Both the position numbers and the translations under genes were made by a program. The notes beneath the pieces are model-generated. The model searched no databases. It was not told the origin of the DNA and worked only from the letters and a program-made list of their open reading frames with translations. A stretch of DNA of 53,816 nt, filler included, from Squatina squatina (Eukaryota), in NCBI GenBank assembly GCA_031763465.1. It is 3 parts of 3 records of this genome, joined end to end, with 100 filler letters (N's around TTAATTAATTAA, not from the genome) between each part and the next. Parts side by side here need not be neighbours in the genome. Positions count along the whole stretch, not along the records: positions 38,722 to 53,816 come from JARFOE010000163.1; 2 more parts are not named here. One strand, given 5' to 3'. Shown here piece after piece: positions 48,491 through 53,816 of the stretch; position 1 is the stretch's first letter; each line of letters begins with the position of its first letter.

Positions 48491-48492
48491 AG

Positions 48493-48640
48493 GAATTTAT
48501 ATACATTATAAGCAGCAATGGACCCAGAACTGCTCATGGAGACATCCTATGTGTTGCCTCTTTCCAAGCCAATCCAACTCTAATCACAACTATTCTCTGC
48601 TTCTCTGCTTCACCCAATTGTCAAGTGATTTTGCTAAGTG
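48493..48640 (-). mobile_element. Degenerate CR1 RT fragment
   Basis: KQRIVV...W.....SP*AVLGPLLLIMYIN resembles the GVPQGSVLGPLLFxIYIN motif. Confidence 0.6.
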
Positions 48641-49186
48641 ATTTGGTGTACCGTTGTTTACTTGCCACTATTCCCCTTAAACAGTGGGTGACACTTCGAA
48701 GTCTCAATATACTTGAGCTATTTGGAGGAAGAAGAGAGGATGAGCAGGAATGGATGGATTGCAACCACTCAAACCAAACTGCTGCTCCCAGCTGAAGCGC
48801 TGCTCCTCCTACTGAATTGCTTCACTTATTATGTTATGTTTCTGTCGATGGTGCTATTGTACATTCTGGATGTAAGAAGATTTATTCCTCTGTCATTCAA
48901 ACTTATACTTTAAAAAAATAGCCTTAAGCTACAAAAATCAATATAAAATGTACCTATAGATCATCACAGAGAATGCACCATATTTCTACATTCTAATCAA
49001 TGGTCAAATATAGGTGATTGATAACATAACAAATTAAGTGAAACTAGACAAGATATGATGTTTCTCATATATAGAAATCTAAACTGAAAGCACAGATACC
49101 TGAGTGACAGGGAACAATATTATATTAATATGTGAAACTGGAAGGTGTGTATTTTTAAAAGTACTAGTAAAATGAATGTAACTCAC

Positions 49187-49507
49187 AATGAACTTGCACA
49201 TTTATCGAGCCCATTGCAATGATCTGTGACGACAAATATCTGGTAGCACAGCAGTAGTAAACTCCAGCATCTTCATTTTGGAGGTTGGAGAGAGTAAGTA
49301 TAAAATCACGCCTGTCTGCTGCCACAGTTTGGTTTCTGATGTTGCCTCGGTGTATTGACATCAACTGGCTACAGTTTTCGTTATCCTTTGTCCAAAAGAT
49401 TCTGAGTGTGTTATTCAAATGCTCATCAAATTTCACAATACACTGAAGCTTTAGGGATCCTCCTCTTAGTCCTCTCATTTTCGGATTGGGAATAATCACC
49501 TTGAATT
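49187..49507 (-). CDS. Single-exon V-set immunoglobulin-superfamily domain (non-rearranging receptor)
   Basis: 321-nt phase 1-1 exon with CCTAAG acceptor and GTGAGT donor. GGSLKLQC...IFWTKD...FILTLSNLQNEDAGVYYC has the canonical V-set C, W and DxGxYYC; G strand is in the same exon; no RSS. Confidence 0.9.
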
Positions 49508-50258
49508 CTTAGGAATCAAAAATAAAACTATTTGTGATCATAAGTTTAAATAATGTGCACTTATTGTGTCTGAGAACATGAGGGGCACCCAATTCGACTG
49601 CCCTAAGTTTCTGCCGCTAACGGATGAATATTTGGGCGTTAAGTTTTGGTCTTAGAACTTTAGGCTAAAGTCAGCCTTTTCAACACTTCGAAAAAATTTG
49701 TAAATCTGTCTAAAAAAAATGTGCTACTTTCAGTGCTAATGGGCACATACTTAGCCCTGTTTTTCTAAGTTTTTTTCAGGTGTTCAATATGTCAGTTGGC
49801 TTAAGTGCTTCCACTAATCTTTGTTAGTACTTAAAGGGGGGCACTTCCATCACATTGGCACTGCTTAGATCACTTAAGGAGGAGAATGGGAATATTTGTC
49901 AGCTGTTNNNNNNNNNNNNNNNNNNNNNNNNNNNNNNNNNNNNNNNNNNNNNNNNNNNNNNNNNNNNNNNNNNNNNNNNNNNNNNNNNNNNNNNNNNNNN
50001 NNNNNNNAACTAAATTGCTAGTACAGGTTTTAATAGTTCAGATGAAGGGTCTCACCTAAAATGTTAACCTGTCTTTCACTTCAGATGCTGATTGCACATT
50101 TGACTTTTCTATTCTGACTTCAGTGAGTTCATATTAATGGTATCACCACCTCATGACTAGATAATGAAGTATCATTCTTGTTTGAGCTGTTTTGAGATCC
50201 CCTGAAGTTTTCATAAAGCAGAACTTATCCAGTAAAACAGAAGAATTTGAAAACAAAC

Positions 50259-50344
50259 CTATAACAAGGCGTTGTGATCATGTACGAAGTGCAAGTGAAG
50301 TGTAACTTAAAATCAAGTTTTTCATGAGAAGATCCATCATCTGT
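50259..50344 (-). CDS. AP3D1: AP3D1 exon (ear region)
   Basis: TDDGSSHEKLDFKLHFTCTSYMITTPCY; CCCCCAG acceptor, GTTTGT donor. Confidence 0.93.
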
Positions 50345-50432
50345 CTGGGGGCAAAAAAATAGTAATATGAAAGACTGAATAAAATGCAAAGAAAATACAG
50401 AAGCAGAAAAGCTATCCACTGATTGGACTTAC

Positions 50433-50521
50433 TTTTACTATAAATGTAAGTGTTCCTTTGAGCTTCTGTGGCATGACGATACTTTCCACAGTAAACACAA
50501 ATCGAGCTTCATTTGAAACTT
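50433..50521 (-). CDS. AP3D1: AP3D1 exon (ear region)
   Basis: VSNEARFVFTVESIVMPQKLKGTLTFIVK; GTAAGT donor; 88-nt intron to the next exon, phase-compatible. Confidence 0.93.
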
Positions 50522-50909
50522 CTTCAAAAACAAAATGCAATTCAATAGGTTAGTTTTCTAAGAAACTTAACAGTTCAATATAATACAACGGCGATCAGCT
50601 CAAGTAAATCTACTGGGCACACAAATATACAACATCCAATTGGTTTCAGAATTTCATCAGAACCCAATGCTTGTGTTGCAGCCTTCCAACATGCACACAG
50701 TTCCACTGTGGTTTTGACATTATACAGATTGCTATCCCTTTTCTCCTATGGTGTGTGAACTCCTCCTGTGACATGTCAGGGAACAAAACAAGCATAGCAA
50801 TACCATATGTTGATGGACTGAGCAAATACCATGAAAAGGAAGGTTATTGCTCATGTATGTTACGCAGAGAGAGTGACATGAGAATAAGTGAATGACAGCA
50901 ATTTATCCC

Positions 50910-51097
50910 TCACTGAAAAACAGATTACCTGGTCATTATCACATTGTTATTTGCAGGATCTTGCTGTGTGCATATAGGCTGCTGTGTTTCCCTACGTTAC
51001 AACAGTGATCACACTTCAAAAGTACGTCATTGGCTGTAAAGCACTTTGGGACATAGTGAGGTTGTGAAAGTCGCTCTATAAATGCAAGTTATTTTTT
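50910..51097 (+). mobile_element. DeuSINE-type SINE 3' half (SacSINE1/AmnSINE-like)
   Basis: GATCTTGCTGTGTGCA..GGCTGCTGTGTTTCC core and tail GTAAAGCACTTTGGGAC...GTGAAAGTCGCTCTATAAATGCAAG. A similar tail lies at 35482-35535. Confidence 0.7.
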
Positions 51098-51534
51098 TCC
51101 TTTTGCAGTGGCCATTTGCTTTTGTGCTCTCCACACTGCTGCTTTCCCCATTGCTGCCAAACAACAGAACTCTCTCCCCAGACCAGTCAAACCCCAGGAA
51201 CCTCTCCCCAGTGCGAACAAACCCAACATTTCCTCCTTCCAATGCTACCAAAACTCAAGACCCTCTTTTTCCTCAGTGTGCCAACTCGAGGGCCCCCACA
51301 GAGTGCCAATCCCTAAGGGTCACCCCCACCATTGCTACCCTCTGCCAGCAATATCCAACCCAAGGATACTCTGGTTCTCCTGTGTCCCCCAAGAGCTCCC
51401 AGACCCCAGACTATGCATGAATGATCCTAAACCTCAGCATTTCCCAGTGCTGCCAGATACAACCCCCATGGAGCAGAGTACTCCTCTGCCCATCAATTGG
51501 TCCCAGTCACTTTCTACATCACCGTGTACCCAAT

Positions 51535-51628
51535 CGTGTAGCCAAGTACATGGCACTGTGGTTGGCTCTGCTTCACAGGAGGGGAGGAAAAAGAGTGGGA
51601 GAGCTATAGTGGTAGGGGATTCGATTGT
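51535..51628 (+). mobile_element. CR1 LINE ORF1 (SGNH esterase start) fragment
   Basis: SQVHGTVVGSASQEGRKKSGRAIVVGDSI; GDS motif at the gap edge. Confidence 0.75.
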
Positions 51629-51875
51629 NNNNNNNNNNNNNNNNNNNNNNNNNNNNNNNNNNNNNNNNNNNNNNNNNNNNNNNNNNNNNNNNNNNNNNNN
51701 NNNNNNNNNNNNNNNNNNNNNNNNNNNNTAAGGGCAGACTCAATGCCTCATCTTGCTGGACAGAATAAATTCTTTGATCACCTGTCAAATGGATCAAGTG
51801 CCAGTATTGTCAACCAATTAAATTTATTTGCTTTTAGCAACACAGGGTGATAAAGGAGAACTTTTAACTACTGAC

Positions 51876-52072
51876 CTCAGGCATTTCTTCTGTGATAATG
51901 TCAACGTGATGAACGGGAGCAATGTCTTCATCACTTTCCGTATGAAGTGAATCACGACGACGTTTGCCTTTCTTGTCTTTCTTCTGTTTTTTCTTCTTTT
52001 TCTCTCGATCCTGCTTCTGCTGTTGCCTGCGTTCTTCTTCCAGTTTAAGATACTGATCTGACAAAGGCATTC
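51876..52072 (-). CDS. AP3D1: AP3D1 exon (hinge)
   Basis: GMPLSDQYLKLEEERR...TESDEDIAPVHHVDIITEEMPE; phase 1 to 0; canonical splice sites. Confidence 0.96.
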
Positions 52073-52844
52073 CTGTGCACATCAATACAACAGATCACTG
52101 CATCTAAACAACCTACAAATGCTATAATTGCTTACAGAGAAACTCATTAAAATGGCAACTGCATAAATCCTTGTGCACCATCACACATGAATTTTTTATG
52201 CCCCCTCACTCATTTAGTTCATTATGGTGTGACCTAGATGCTAAATTTTATGCTGGAAAAAAAAAATCAGTTGCGATCAAGACTGAAGACAATTGAATTT
52301 GGATAAATTAGCCCACAATTACTCAAATCAGGAAACTGCCAACTCTGATGTAACCATTTCCAAGCTTTCGACAGCAGCTACCATTTTCTCTGAGACTTTC
52401 TGATCAAATGGTATACAGATGATTGGATGAGTTAATTAATAATATACAATATTCTGGCTAATAATTACTGCAGATCTATCACCCCAAGTCTCTGCTATCC
52501 AGCACCGCCCCCACCTCCCAGCCAAAGAATCTTTTTGATTTTGCACACATCTCTTTTACTTGGTGGTAAGTTCCAACACGGTTACTACTCATAGCATGGC
52601 AGGCAGAATGGTACTTTTGGCAGAGTAAAAACAGCAGTATTCTTCCTTGGCAAATAAATTTAGCCAGCACATCACACTTGCGATGCCGGTTCAATTATCA
52701 GTTATTGTGGAATCTTGGACTTCAGGGAAAGCAGCTTCACTCGGACTCTTGGTTTACAAAAGACATCACCAATGAGTCACGTATAGCACCTACTTTTACA
52801 TGCAATAAATGAAAGCTGGAGAACTATATAGTTGCATCAATTAC

Positions 52845-52920
52845 CTGGTACTCTTAATGGTACTGTAAGATCGATCTGCACCACAGGTATGTGTTCCACG
52901 CCACTGGCATCTTGGTAATT
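52845..52920 (-). CDS. AP3D1: AP3D1 exon (hinge)
   Basis: NYQDASGVEHIPVVQIDLTVPLRVP; TTTCAG acceptor, GTAATT donor; phase 0 to 1, joining the next exon in frame. Confidence 0.95.
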
Positions 52921-53294
52921 CTGAAATCAAACAAAATAGTGGCTGCTTATCAAATTAAATCAAAATTGTTCTCGTATTCATGGTTCACACTGAATTGCTG
53001 CCTTTTAAAATACTGGNNNNNNNNNNNNNNNNNNNNNNNNNNNNNNNNNNNNNNNNNNNNNNNNNNNNNNNNNNNNNNNNNNNNNNNNNNNNNNNNNNNN
53101 NNNNNNNNNNNNNNNNCATGCTTTTCTTACTTAGAAAGTAATGCAGCAAAATTTGTTACCCAATTATAATTCAGTTTGGTTTGGACAGCCATTTATTTAA
53201 ATCATAGAAAGATGACAACTATAAAAAGCACAGTTCTTTAAATTGGCACATGTACTGTTAAATGCTCTTGAAATGGTGAAAATAGAAATCTCAC

Positions 53295-53440
53295 CCATCT
53301 GGCAATGGGACTTTCTTCTGTGCTTTAGGAGCGACAGGGTTTAGTTCTCCAGCAAACAAAGCCATCACTTCTTCTGCTACAGGGACATCCTTTGCTTGAA
53401 GCTTTTGTATATATTTTATCAGCTGAAGAATACAGGAAGC
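53295..53440 (-). CDS. AP3D1: AP3D1 exon (end of trunk)
   Basis: ASCILQLIKYIQKLQAKDVPVAEEVMALFAGELNPVAPKAQKKVPLPDG; TTTCCAG acceptor, GTGAGA donor. Confidence 0.96.
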
Positions 53441-53816
53441 CTGGAAAATAAGTCAAACATGACATTTATTGTAAGATTTATAGAACATGCACACCATATG
53501 ATTCATATTTATATCAAATAACTTGCATACATAAAGTCTGAAGATTTGATTGACTGGATGTGGGGAATTCACAAGCGAAATGATTTTAGTGTTGTGCCAA
53601 TTATCAGAGACTTCGGCTCATGAAGCACATCCAGACAAAAATGAGTACGTGTCCAAAATAGACTTCGCTCAAAAGGTAGAATGACTAAGTTTTCAGGTCA
53701 AAGACATGAGCTGTCGGAACTAGCTTCACAACCCTGCCCGAATTCTTAGTAGGAACAAAAATGACTTTCCAGCATTTCAGGTGAATTACATATCAAAAAC
53801 TATTGATTTAGGAATG

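Noticed and set aside
49187-49507. Rearranging TCR/Ig/IgNAR V segment
   Set aside because: No CACAGTG heptamer after the YYC; the G strand and splice donor are germline-encoded in the same exon.
51082-51535. Pro/Ser/Thr-rich 112-aa and 207-aa plus-strand ORFs
   Set aside because: They begin in a SINE tail, run through C-rich low-complexity sequence into a CR1 fragment, and lie antisense within AP3D1.

Overview
This is eukaryotic, intron-rich vertebrate DNA, not prokaryotic. The mix of CR1, L2, RTE, Penelope, Harbinger and DeuSINE-type repeats points to a cartilaginous fish (inference). The assembly is highly fragmented: dozens of ~100-N gaps, and two gaps carrying an artificial TTAATTAATTAA six-frame-stop linker (20047, 38666) that probably split the window into three independently joined blocks. 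Block 1 (1-20002) has the first coding exon of a divergent HSF (HSF3-like), a NUFIP2 exon-2 fragment joined without a gap to the last intron and exon of RPL11, the NUFIP2 last exon and a probable long 3'UTR. Block 2 (20103-38621) is mostly repeats, including a three-exon Harbinger Myb/SANT gene, two unidentified ORFs and an X-box-containing promoter-like patch. Block 3 (38722-53816) has three exons of a GRAMD2-family gene (one GC-AG donor), the REXO1 promoter and exons 1-2, a single-exon V-type Ig domain and five AP3D1 exons on the minus strand. I see no convincing novel multi-gene system. The best leads are a possible third GRAMD2 paralogue, the Ig-V receptor exon, the atypical HSF exon and the NUFIP2/RPL11 junction. 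Gene identifications rest on my recall of vertebrate protein sequences plus splice-phase consistency; no database search was run.
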